Notes: generated by a model from the sequence alone, not told the origin. Positions 23,206-37,030 are shown, counted from the first letter of the stretch. The stretch: DNA of 64,000 nucleotides from Chlorokybus atmophyticus (GCA_009103225.1 RHPI01001132.1:124001-188000), one strand, 5' to 3'. Program-made: numbers and translations.

Positions 23206-23978
23206 GGATGGCGCCGCCGCGCAAGGGTTTCAAGCGACTAGATAAGGAGCTTATGACTCACAACTCACATCTGGTGAGTGCTTGTGCCCCCAAGTGCCCA
23301 AGGCACTAGGGGCATAAGAGTCTCATAAGTCAGTAACGAGTTCTTGAGTTCATGGACGCGCATTTTCATGCGCGTCTTGAACTCATATGACTTGTTGTGC
23401 ATGCATCATTGCGGATGACTAGTTGGTTACCAGACCAAGCGCTGCTACCAATTATTAGCTATGCAAGGTTGGGGCAACAATTAAGAGGGGTTAGCGAGCT
23501 AGTTGGTTGCACTACCAATACAGCAAACAAGCGAGAAGTTGACGCGCAGGTAAACAATGCGGCGCACACAATAGAACAATGCACCAAAGGCAAGACAAAC
23601 GCACCCACAATCACACATACCTTCCTCTCATGAAGTCTCTACACATCAGTACACTCGGAGACCCGCTTGCGCCAACAACCCGAGTCTCCTCCTCTTCCTC
23701 CTCCTTCCGTTCATTTTCACCCGATTGTCGCTAAGAGCGTGCGTTTTGCCCCGTTGAGCCCACCACGCACCCACCTCCACCTGCGCTTGCGCCGTCCACC
23801 TCTTATGTGCCAGCAATTAGTGCTTGCAACAACAAGGTTAAAGCACGCGGTGGGGCACAGCCCTTCCGACGTTGCGGGCTTAGTAAAAGTGACGGCTAGG
23901 GTTGGGCCACGGCGCGACGCTCGTGAACAACGATTCTAGCAATAGTATGAGGTAGGGTTACATTGGCTTCATATGGCC

Positions 23979-24440
23979 TGTTAAGAACTAGTGTGCATGT
24001 ATGCGCCCTACCTCATACATGCGCTCACACTAGGGGAACAACAAGTGCAATAGTATGTCAACAACTCAGAGAAGTATGTTCCTATTGCAGTTCCACCTGT
24101 ATGCGCCACATACAGTAAGTTATATACTAAGCTAGTCAACACTAGAAAACACTAGTCAACCCTAGTCAAAGTCAACTCTAGTCAACACTAATCAATGCTC
24201 AAAGTCAACCCTAGTCAACCCTAGTCAATGGTTAAAGTCAAAGTTGACCGTAACTCTCATAACTCCCGCAACTCCTGTTGACTGTAACTCCCGTTGCGTA
24301 ACCGCCGCACATGGTTCAAGTAACATCAACAAGCTGACTGTACTATAAGCATACTATACTAGCAAACCTCATATGCTTAACCTTCAACATGTACTATAAG
24401 CATACTATACTAGCAAACCTCATATGCTTAACCTTCAACA
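23979..24440 (-). mobile_element. Solo copia-type LTR (LTR2) with 51-bp tandem duplication
   Basis: TG...CA ends; TSD TGGCC on both sides; 24339-24389 identical to 24390-24440. Confidence 0.85.
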
Positions 24441-26295
24441 TGGCCCGATGTCACATTGGCATGTGTACCCTATGAGAGAAAAACAAATTTGATGCAATGT
24501 TCATGTGAGATCAATGCCACATATACATCGTGTATACATTAACCTCCACAAGCGCATACCATCAAAAATATGTATGCACCTACCACGTGTATGCATACTT
24601 GATGAGAGCATAATTATGCAACCGCTCTAAGAGCGTACTTTATGCACTTATGCCAGGTACAAGTGCATAACGTACGCATTCCATAAGTAATCATAGCCTC
24701 AAGTTACGTAGTTGAGCTTATCATTGGAATCAACATCTGAACCGCAATCCATCTGTAAACTTACCGCAATCTTCCTTGATGCATGCATTGTTATTAATGA
24801 CGTAACACATCACACAAAATAAACTCATCAATAAATGCATATCCACTTCATGCACAGATTTTACTGTTCATTGTTGAGAACTAGTGAAGCGCCTAGTGTG
24901 TGTGCATTTGCCTCTTATATACAAGTGTGCACACACCACGGACAAGTGCAGCAAGCACGCCAACTATAGAGACACTGTGCGACCCACTGTATTAAGCAGT
25001 ATACAGTGTCTTATATACCATGCTACTAAGCACTAGCTCACTCTGGTCAAAGTCAACACAAAACAACACTAGTCAATGGTCAAAGTCAATGGTCAAAGTC
25101 AAAGTTGACAATGGTTGACCATAGCTGTCGTAACTCTCGTAACTCTCATAACTCTTGTAACTCCCGTAACTATACAGGTTAAGCTGATTGTACCAACTAT
25201 ATGTAGGCGCCGCCTATACATGTACTTTGTACAACCCATAACATTTAACACTCCCACGCGAGCAGCTTGACCTTGAACTCCAAGTTCTTCTCGCAAGCTT
25301 ACCCACATTAACTTACTCCATTGAAAACTCCCACGGATGTGTTGCTCCCACGGAGTTGATGCTTTTCTCCATGACACCATCCTTCTCCTCGTGCTGCCAG
25401 CAAGACTACAACGTTCCAATACTCCTGGTTTCCTCCTCGTCGTTGTTGCATCAGGTTGCACCACGCCACGCCTGACCTTGCTCAGGTGGTTTTGAGGACT
25501 CCATTAACGGCAAACTATGCTATAAACTACACCGAGTTCTTTACCTTAGCAATGCTGTACCGGAGTGTAGGCCGTGCAAGGGTTGATCAGACCCTTCTAC
25601 CAAGGCAAGCACCCCTCCCATCTTCTATTAGCTAGCTATACAACTCAGTTCTTGTATGCCAATCAATTGACGTGTATGAACCAATACCGCACACCTGTAT
25701 GCTACCAAAAACAACTCCACAGCAATGCAGCCTCCAATGTATGCAGCTCAACACCAGCAACTACTTATTGGCTGGCAGTAACTGACACATACCTTTTTGT
25801 CTGCGACCTCTATCTCAACATGTCCTTCACGCGCCCTTGCAGTGGGAGAGGACGGACGAACACCATCCACTGCATCTCCTTGAGGTCCTCACCAATGCTA
25901 GAAAGCAATCGCCATCGTGGCGTGCTCCTCCTTGGTTGCCTCATCGTGGATCCTCTTGGGGCACTCGCGAAAGAAGTGGCCCTTCATCTTGCAATAGTGA
26001 CACTCTTTGTCACGCACCGCCTTCCCACCACCTGCTTTGCTCCTGCATCATGTGTGTTAAGAAGATGAGGCAGCAAGTGCAATAGGTTCTCCACCATTCT
26101 CTAACTTCTGAACATCCAACTGGCCTTCCACAGCTAGCAGCTTATGCACTACATCAGCAAACTTCAAAACCACATCTGAGGACTCCAATACAGTCACTAG
26201 CAAAGCTCTTTCCTAAGCCAGCTACAACTGCCCACATCACCTCCTCTTCCTTCACATCGTGGCCCACTGCTGCAAAGTCTTGCCAAAGCTCCCTT

Positions 26296-29200
26296 TGTAA
26301 GGAGAGGGGGTGCTACCTCCTCCCTTTAATCCCCTACCCCAACACCACCACCAGCCACGCCGACCACACCGCCGCCGCCAGGGGCAACTGCCGAAGCAGA
26401 AGATCCCCTGGCTATGGCGGCTGCTGCGTTAGCAGTGCCGCCATACAGCTGATATCGACATGAGACTCATGTCTCATGTCGATATCAATGTTACAGTTAA
26501 GTAACACTACATTAGGGCCTTAACACTAGGTTAACGGCCCTAATACGGCTTAATTGGCTGTATATACCCATTGGGACCCTTATTTAATCCTAAATAAGGG
26601 CGGGGAACCTCTATAGAGGTAGCACTCCGTTACATTCCCCCCCACTTAGGTTTCAATGTCCTCATTGAAGGGTTAGCAAAGCCCCACCATGAGCACCGAG
26701 AACCAAAGCAGTGAGAGAACCAGGGCGGAAGCGGTAAAGATGTCTGCCAGCACCCTTTTACCGTCCGCGTGTGGACACAGCACTCCACTACCCCCGAAGA
26801 ATCTCTTGGCACTTGGTAAGATTCCTTTCGGGCTCCCACGTGTTGTGCTCAACACCATACCCTTTCCATTTCACTAAGTAAGACGGCGCGCGTCCGCGTC
26901 GAGGCTTACGGTGACTCAGGATTGCTTCCACCTCATACTCGAAAGGATCGTCGCCATCCACTGCAACGGGGGGTGGAGGAGGTTGAACCCAACCGTCAGA
27001 ACGGTATGGTTTCAGTACACTCACGTGAAACACATTGTGAATGCGTATCGACTTTGGCAAGTTCAAACGATACGCGTGAGTGCCGACCCGATCAGTTATT
27101 TTGAAAGGGCCTATCCAGCAAGGGAAAAACTTGCGGGTACCCACTCCCTTGATGGATACGTTTTTGGTACTTAAAAGCACCGAACAGCCCACATCGTAGT
27201 TGGCCTCTCTACGATGCGCATCAGCTTGGGCTTTTTGTCTGTCTTGCGCTGCGCGCAGACAGTCTTTTGCCAACGCTAACCTATCTTGCATGGCCGAAGC
27301 CATCTCGCGCGCTGCAGGTACGCGAGTCACGTCAGTAGCGAGCAACTTAATGTTCGCAGGACTCAGTGGATGCACTCCGTAATTCAAGAAGAACGGAGTC
27401 TCCTGCACACTCTCTTGCCATGCATTATTGATCGCAAACTCAGCCATTGGGAGATAAATATCCCAATCATTCTGTTTCGGGCTCACATAATGCCGGATGG
27501 TTTCCTCAATTACTTGATTGGCGCGTTCTGTCTGACCATCCGTCTGTGGATGGTAAGCAGTGCTCATGTTCTGCTGAATGTGTAAGAGGCTGCATAGCGA
27601 CTTCCAAAACTGAGCCACAAATCGCGGATCGCGATCTGACACAAAGTTGCGGGGCAAGCCATGCAACTTGAACACAGACGCAACAAAAACCATCGCCAAC
27701 TCACGGGAGCCTATCTCCGTGCGACAAGGGACAATGTGGACCATTTTTGTCAAACGATCCACAAAAACTGCAACCGCAGTGTGACCTAATGATGTCTCTG
27801 GGAGCTCAGTAATTAAGTCCATACTCACACTTTCCCATTTGCCATCAGGAATAGGCAATGGTCGCAGCAAACCAGCGGGTTTCTGACGTAACGGCTTATC
27901 ACGCTGACATTTGTCACACGTGTCCACATACCGTTTTACGTCAACAGGCAACGATGGCCACCAATACAACTGCTGCGCTGCCTTAACAGTCTTGCGACTG
28001 CCAAAGTGCCCAGCGTACGGTGGATCGTGTACATCAGCTATGCATTTTGCACGCAATCCAGCATGGTCAGGTATTACCAAGCTGGTGCCCACATAATACA
28101 AGTTGTCTCGTTTGTTCAGCTTTTGCACGTTGTCCTCCGCCGAGAACCATGGGTCAAAAGCATACCCTTGCACAACAGCTTGCACAAACTCATCATCCGG
28201 TGGCATTGTACCGCGCGTCGCAAGCAATTGCGCACGCATAACTGCCAACAATAATGGACAACGACTCAGAGGATCAGCAACATTAGTTCTGCCTGGCCGG
28301 TATACCCACTCAAAGGTATACCGAGACAGAAACTCATTCCAGCGAGCTTGCCTTCGTGACAAGTTTTGCTGTGTTGAGAAATACACCAATAGATTATGAT
28401 CAGTCACCACTGTGAACTGAACCCCCTCCAAGTAACATCGCCATGTTTCCAAAGCATGTACTATACCAAGCAACTCTTGCTCGGTGGTAGTGTAATTTAC
28501 CTCTGCTGGAATGAACTTCCTACTCTCATAAGCACATGGTCTGCCATCTTGCAACAGTACTGCACCACACCCAAGGGTGGACGCATCGCTAACCACAGTG
28601 AAATGCTTGTCCCAGTTTGGCAATGCCAACACTGGAGCAGAAGTCAAAGCTAGCTTCACCTGTTGCATAGCAGCTTCTTGTTCAGCTGTCCATAAGAATG
28701 GAGCATCTTTTCGCAACAGTTTTGTCAAAGGCACCACTACTGTGGAGTACCCCATTATAAACTTGCGAAAGTAGTTTGCCAATCCCAAGAATGATCGCAG
28801 CTGATGGATATTCTTAGGTTGAGGCCAATCCTTTACAACTTGCACTTTGCGAGGGTCAGGTTTCACACCCGCACCGCTCACAATGTGCCCCAAGAATGGC
28901 AACTCCGTCTTGCAGAAGTCACACTTTGCAAGATTGGCAAACAAGCGATGTGTACGCAGCAAGGCGAACACCGCTTCCAAGTGCTGCTTATGCTCTTCCT
29001 TGGTTTTACTAAAGACAATGATGTCATCCAAGTAAACCATACCATACTTGCCAAGTATGCCACCAAAAATCTTATTCATTTCCTTCTGAAACACTGCCGG
29101 CGCATTAGTCAATCCAAAAGGTAACACTTTGTATTGATAATGGCCCGACGGTGTTCTGAATGCTGTTTTGTAAACATTAGAAGGATGAATCCGGATTTGA

Positions 29201-32200
29201 TGATACCCACTTGTCAAGTCCAACGTACTAAAGTACGCATTTCCCGACAGTTTATCAAACACATCATCAATCCGGGGCAACGGGTATCGATTCTTTACCG
29301 TGATCTTGTTCAAAGCACGGTAATCCACACACATGCGCAGCTTTTCATTCTTTTTCATCACAAACAAGATGGGCGCGCCAAAGGGTGAAGAACTCGGTTC
29401 AATAAATCCCTTTTCCAATAATTCTTTGATTTGAGTTTCCATTTCCCCCCTCTCTCGGGGGCTCAGCCTATATATAGGCCGAAGCGGAGGCTCACTGTCA
29501 GGAATGAGTGGTATTGTGTGTCCGACACCTCGATTAGGAGGTAAGCCTGGCAATTAATCTAAGAACACATCTTGATACTTCTCAATAATGTCTGCAACAC
29601 AATCTGTATTTCCCGGCACAAAGTCGTCCGACGACGTTAAGTGTACCACAAAAGCCGGTGTGTTTTTGCGCAACGCACGTTTCACTTGCAGTGCAGTGAG
29701 TAGCGCAGGGTCGGGCTGCTTGTGGTCCAAGCTATGTGACCCTTTCACAGACAATGTTACACGCTTACGACCTTTCTTTACCGTGCACAAACGTGCGCTA
29801 GTATCCAATGTCATTTTAACATTTTCCTGCCATTCCTGTCCTAATACCACATCAACACCTGATATGTCGATGGATACCACTATGAAAGTAAGAGTGGCAT
29901 GATAATTACCAATCTTTACTTTCATTTTTATTTCCCCTTTCACTGGCAACGCACCCCCCGCACCGGCAGCTGAAAATGCTGAGGGTTTGCACGCTATCTT
30001 GTTGCGCACAACCCATTGTTCCTCAACGAAGTTGTGTGTTGCACCAGTGTCAATCAAGAACGAACTGTTTACACCTTGCATTGTGCCACTAAATGTCCAC
30101 AACAGAGGTACCACCCGTCCTTGAAATGTAGCCAAGAGTCCATGACTAATGCGAGGGTTGATCAAGATGGCTGACAACCGTACTGTCCTTGTTTCACGCT
30201 TGCTGAATTGCTTCAACACAGACCCTCCGCGAGTATGTTTTAACCATGGGCCATGATACTTTGGCACCATCACCACCATACTCAAGGTTCTGTGCTTATT
30301 CTGCAACTCATTCAATGCATGCGACACATCGGTAAGCATGTTGAACTCCACAAGTACAAGCACACAAGCATTCTCTTCCACTTTTTCAACATCAAAGAGT
30401 GGCAACTTGTCATGTGCTTGCCATGCATGTGTCATTACATGCACTTGAGACAGATCATCAAACCAGTTTGCTACTTGCATCTCAAGCAACTGGCTATCAA
30501 TGGCATCTACATTAATCACGGCGTAATCCTATTCAACCTTCTTGGCCTTGCCCTTCTTGGCGGGGCAGTGTTTTGCAATGTGACCCGGCTGGTGACATAC
30601 GTAACAGGTGCGAGCCGCAGCGGGTGTAGCACCACCAGCAGATGTGCCACCGGTCGGAAGCGTGAATGTCTTTGCCTTCTTTGCCGTGTGCGCACTCGGC
30701 TGAGGGTAACGCTTTCCTCCCACCCCGTGCGGCTTGGCCGCAGCTGCCACATGTGCCTTTTCCTGCACCGCCGTGTCATCACTGTACAAATACACGCTCA
30801 GCTTCTGCAGCTGGGCCAAGTCCTCAGGAACCCAAGGAAGTCCCGTTGCCGTGTTGTACTGCAGCTAATCGCGCCCACGCGCATCCAAGCCGCGCTTATA
30901 CAACTCAAACTGCTCAGCCTTGTCCATGGGCATGAGGCCACTGTTCACGCGGCCCACCAACGCTTGGAACTCCTGCAGATAGACTGAAGCCGTCCTGCCA
31001 TTCTGTCGCAGCTTGTTGAGCTTGTTGCGAGCCTGAGTAGCTGGATCCATGCCACCATAGCGCTCCATAAGGAACTTAAATAGTGCCTCCACTGTCTTCG
31101 TTGCACCATCCTCTATCTGCCTCGCCCACTCGGCGAGAGCGTCAGATGGCATGAGCAACTCAGCAACAGCAATGTGCTCGCCAACTGGTCGCTTCAGTGC
31201 TGTCAAGTAGTGCTCAACAGTGACCACCCAATCATGGATGCTGACACTGCCGTTGGGCTTGAACTTCTCAGGCTTGTTCAGTGCTGTAACCGGCAGCCCC
31301 GCTGATGCTCCAGCTGCTGAAGTAGCACCCGCCACCTGTTGGCGCAGCGCCACCAACTCAGACTGCATAGCATCGAGGCGTGCCGTCAACTGCACTCGTC
31401 CAGTCAACTTGTCTTCCAAGTTAGGTCATAAGTACCAGAACACGTCCTTGCAACGCTGTGAGGTTTCCACTCCCAAGTTGACCAAAGCCTCAAACGCCAT
31501 TCGCTTGCCTTGGTAAGGGAGAGGCTTATCGTAAACAGCCATCAGAGCAGCCACCTTCGGATCACCGCGCACGAGTGGCGGAACATTGTTCGTCAACTCG
31601 TGCTCAATCATGCGGATCACCATCTCCTTGCTCGCGCGAGGGAGAGTGGCAAAATCTGTTGCATAGCTATCACGAACCTTTTGTGCCCATGCATCCCACA
31701 CTTCCTGACGAAGCTGTGGGTGAGCATCGATCAAGACTTTGCGCTCTCGCGCATACTTCTCAATAGCCCCACCAATGACAGACTGTGTGTCCATTGTAGC
31801 TGGCCCACTCTGAGTAGATTGATCGGGAGAAGCTTCGCTATCCTGCGCAGCTTCCTCTTTGTCACTCTCAGTGAGCTTGTAGCTCTCACTCGTGTCCGAG
31901 TCTCTCGCTTTGTCATCACTTGATGGTTCGTATGATGACGATGAGTCAGGGACGGTAAAGTACTTCTCACCTCCCTCTCCTTGGTCAGACATCTGCCCAA
32001 AGACAGCCGTTAGCAAGTGCACAAGTACTCAGATTGTGCACTGCAATACAGGCAAAATCCAATAATTTTGTCTCGTCAAGTTTTGAGGCGTTACGGTGGA
32101 GCTTACAGCCCCAAAAGAGCTCTCCACACACCTCTCAACTAGACACTCACTCTGCAACAAATCGTGCGCGAATCCACGCGACGGTTCACGAGTTATGATC

Positions 32201-32764
32201 TCTCAAAGTTTTCACTTTGTACAACCCAGCACAATTCACAACTGTGGTTGACACTTAGGGTGCCAAAATCTCGTCAAATCGACCTTACAGGCCGATATCG
32301 ACCAGTTGTGAATGGTGAGTTTGATATCGGCCGCTCAGAAAATTCTGGCGGCCTCACCGCACAAAATGGCGGCACTGAGACAGTCGATGTTGCCACCGAA
32401 CTGCCCCCCCCAAGGGAATTTCCAGTTTAATAGAAAAACGCTTACACCACCACGAATCCACGTGGTGGTACACACACAATATAATACAATCAATGTATGT
32501 TTACTATGTGTTGTGCTGCAATGCAATGCTTCAGGGACAGGCCTGAATGGCCGNGGCACTGCCAGTGCCGCCATACAGCTGATATCCACATGAGACTCAT
32601 GTCTCATGTCGATATCAGTGTTACAGTTAAGTAACACTACATTAGGGCCTTAACACTAGGTTAACGGCCTTAATACGGCTTAATTGGCTGTATATACCCG
32701 TTGGGACCCTTATTTAATCCTAAATAAGGGCGGGGAACCTCTATAGAGGTAGCACTTCGTTACA
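26296..32764 (-). mobile_element. Ty3/gypsy chromovirus 1
   Basis: TSD CCCTT; 3' LTR 26296-26634; PPT 26635-26650; 5' LTR cut at the N at 32554 (32555-32764 remain); order gag-PR-RT-RH-IN-chromodomain. Confidence 0.95.
26788..31992 (-). pseudogene. Single-frame gag-pol of chromovirus 1 with four internal in-frame stops
   Basis: Consecutive ORFs share one frame (stops at 31426, 30865, 30529, 29554). CYVCHQPGHIAKHC; FLIDTGATHNF; YLDD; SMDL...SDRD...ERANQ; GPF; YEVEAIL...YLVKWKGY...TWEP. Confidence 0.92.
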
Positions 32765-33849
32765 CCCTTGCACGCGAGATGTACTTCTGGATTGGCTCTT
32801 TGTGCTCCATCTTCAGAAGTGTCAGCTTGCGTCTCAGCTACAACTTGCGCGAGTCACTATTGGCCTTGAAGAGGGTGTTGAAGACCTCCCACGCCTCACG
32901 TCCAGTCTTGCAATCCGCAATAAAAGGGAGATGGAAGTCTTTGACGTGCAAGCCTATCAGCGCAAAAGCTGATAGTGAGTTCTCTGTCCAGGTACCAGCG
33001 TCACCTACTCTTGGCCGTAATAACGTGGAGGAGGTGGGGTCGACAAATCTCCAGAGTTTCTTGCGGATCAGCACCAACTTCATCTTCAGCGACCATGCAG
33101 CGTAGTTGTGCAGATCAAGAGACTCGATGGGCATCCTATCTGTGTCAGCTATTACTTGCTACACAATAGTACAACTCACCCTCTCCCCAAGAACACTCTA
33201 CTGGTAGGCCTATGCTCAACACATTCTCCCACTAGCACAAGCAATCACACAAGCGAGTGTGGGCCCATAACCTGTTGAGAACTAGTGATGCGCCTAGTAT
33301 GTGTGTATTTGCCTCTTACATACAAGTGTGCACACACCAAGGACAAGTGCAGCAAGCACGCCAACTAAAGAGACAATGTGCGAGCCATTGTATCAAGCAG
33401 TATACAGTGTTTTATATACTATACTATTAAGCACTAGTCGACTCTGGTCAACTCTGGTCAAAGTCAATGGTCAAAGTCAAAGTTAATTATGGTTGACCAT
33501 AACTGCCGTAACTCCCATAACTCTCGTAATTCCCGTAACTCCCGTACCTATAAAGGTTAAGCTAATCGTACCAACTACATGTAGGTGCCGCCTATACATG
33601 TACATGTACTTTCTACAACCTATAACATTTAACAGCATAACATTGTTATTGATGATGTTGATGGGCTTGCACCACTTCGCCGAGTGGCGCATGTGCCATC
33701 ACTTGTGCAGGTGACGACAAGCATGTTGTTTTACTGTGGTTATGTTGCATGGGAAGAACGGTTAAGTGGCACCCGACCAGGGCGACCCATGTCCGCTCTT
33801 GAGTTACTATAAATATGCTAATTGAGGCAACTTGACTATGCTAGTTAAG

Positions 33850-34968
<1,119 letters not shown>

Positions 34969-34969
34969 N

Positions 34970-36586
34970 TACGACAGCTCATAAAACAATTTAAGGGGAT
35001 TACGAAACATTTGGGCGACTTGCTCTAGGCTAAGCGTGGGTTTGCAACCCGCGCGCCAAGCTATTGTAACCTACGGCCGCATTAAAGCCCCGGACACAAT
35101 GGCAAGTCGTGTCGTAAGCCGGTGAGGGTGGCTGATGCCAGACGATCAATGGATGGGTTTTCAATTGATTGTGAACCGGTTGCACATCAATAGGCCGCAG
35201 GCGTGGACCGGTCGCGGGCGGTCGTGACTGCGGTGTCGTAAGCTGTGCAAGGGCGTGAGAGAAAGGGAATGTAGTATGAATTCCCTTTCTTGGCTGGTTG
35301 AATTGGGGAGGAATGCAACGAATTAGTATAGGTTGTCATAAACCTCCCTCATGATAGCGCTTTTGCTATGCTAGCCTAGTGCTCGGTACCCCCTTTGTTA
35401 CAATGGGTACAAATGGGTGGAAGCATTGCATTATCTAGCACCTCGTACATGATACGACCAGAACAATGCTTATGAGCATGGCATCGCTACAGCCGTGGGC
35501 GCTACCGCCATTGCAGGCCATTAAGCCATACTTTGCGACTGCCGCTTCGCGATAGGTGCCGAAAACAGCGCCGGGTGACATTGCGTGGTAATTAACGTAA
35601 CGCTGCATATCGCCGCACATAAATACCAAACCCCCTCATATAAAAGACCCGCCATTCAACACAACAAGCCTCTAAACTATAGAGGGGCTTTGTTTGTAAG
35701 GGGGGGTTGTATTCAATCAAAGCGGTACTTGTAGTGCGCAGCTGGTGACCAAGTGTGTTATATTAACATTTTCCGTTTTTTTGATGTGAGACTGAAATAT
35801 TATGTTTGCTTGTAATTGTTAATCAGCGAAAGAGAAAGGGGGGGCTGTGTTAGGTAATGGGAGCGTTGGTGTAAGATGATACATGTGTATACGTGGCATG
35901 CAGGTTGTGCATGGCGTGCAACCCACATGAATATGTGATATTGTTTAACTTTGTTAAACGTTTATCCACGATCAATGCAAGATCGATCGTTACCAATGTC
36001 ATGAATGTTAAATGTTATACGTTGTAGAAAGTACATGTATAGGCGGCGCCTACATGTAGTTGGTATGATTAGCTTAATATGTATAGTTACGGGAGTTACC
36101 AGAGTTACGAGAGTTACGGGAATTACGGCAGTTATGGTCAACTATGATCAACTTTGACTTTGACCGTTGACTTTGACCATTGACTAGTGTTGACTTTGAC
36201 CAGAATGAGGGAGGTTTATGACAACCTGTACTAATTCGTTGCATTCCTCCACAATTCAACCAGCCAAGAAAGGGAATTCATACTACATTCCTTTCTCTCA
36301 TGCCCTTGCACAGCTTACGACACCACAGTCACGACCGCCCGCGACCGGTCCACGCCTGCGGCCTATTGATGTGCAACCGGTTCACAATCAATTGGAAACC
36401 CATCAATTGACTGTCTGGCATCAGCCACCCTCACCGGCTTACGACACGACTTGCCATTATGTCCGGGGCTTTAATGCAGCCGTAGGGTACAATAGCTTGG
36501 CGCGCGGGTTGCAAACCCACGCTTAGCCTAGAGCAAGTCGCCCAAATGTTTCGCAATCCCCTTAAACTTTTTCATGAGCTGTCGTG
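34970..36586. repeat. ~380-bp inverted repeat pair (34970-35353 / 36205-36586) around a ~850-bp spacer
   Basis: Arms are high-identity but non-identical reverse complements. A more diverged partial copy of the arm end lies at ~36675-36730. Confidence 0.8.
36006..36203 (+). mobile_element. 5' half of an LTR1 copy, truncated by the inverted-repeat arm
   Basis: tgttaaatgttatacgttgtagaaagtacatg... matches the LTR1 start. Confidence 0.8.
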
Positions 36587-37030
36587 TTTTCTATCCCTCA
36601 ACGGGAGTCAAACCCACGACAATTAAAGCTTTAATACTAAAGTAAGAAAGGGGGTTCCGACGACTAGGGGATGATAGCAAAAGCGCTATTATGAGTGAGG
36701 TCTGCAACAATTGTACCAATTCGTTACATCGCCCTGCCTGGTGTGTGTGTGTTAGGGTTAGGGGGGTTCAATGACAAATTGAGCCCCCCCCGATTATGTT
36801 ATGGGAAAGGNGGGGCTTAACTAGCATAGTCAAGTTGCCTCAATTAGCATATTTATAGTAACTCAAGAGCGGACATGGGTCGCCCTGGTCGGGTGCCACT
36901 TAACCGTTCTTCCCATGCAACATAACCACAGTAAAACAACATGCTTGTCGTCACCTGCACAAGTGATGGCACATGCGCCACTCGGCGAAGTGGTGCAAGC
37001 CCATCAACATCATCAATAACAATGTTATGC

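Larger units (their letters stand above)
17265..23392 (-). mobile_element. YR retrotransposon 2 (PAT/TOC-like, split direct repeats, YR co-oriented with pol), decayed
   Basis: A1 23392-23193; ORF 23205-22330; gag with knuckle CYNGGEPGHLRVYC (~21590-21545); RT, RNase H, Dam-like, YR; B1 17769-17702 abutting A2 17705-17507; spacer; B2 17327-17265. Confidence 0.88.
24872..33634 (-). mobile_element. gag-only copia-derived element, copy 2, split by a nested gypsy
   Basis: 3' LTR 24872-25250; 5' LTR 33273-33634; PBS 33272-33259; gag interrupted at 26296-32764. Without the insert it is ~2.29 kb, like copy 1. Flanks TTCAT/GCATA do not match. Confidence 0.85.

Noticed and set aside
24339-24440. Biological role for the perfect 51-bp duplication at the LTR2 end
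   Set aside because: A perfectly identical duplication in an otherwise aged LTR may be an assembly overlap; cannot be judged without reads.
30517-30531. Programmed stop-codon readthrough at the gag/pol border (GAA TAG GAT)
   Set aside because: The position fits, but the same frame has three other internal stops that look mutational; one copy cannot separate the two. A family consensus would decide.
26788-32022. Non-standard genetic code (TAA/TAG = Gln), suggested by in-frame stops without frameshifts
   Set aside because: Many TAG/TAA codons sit at conserved Trp, Tyr or Lys positions, not Gln, and the host methyltransferase ends naturally at TAG (62918). Point decay explains them.
36752-36764. 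Interstitial telomere (TTAGGG)
   Set aside because: Only two units; expected by chance beside a G-run.
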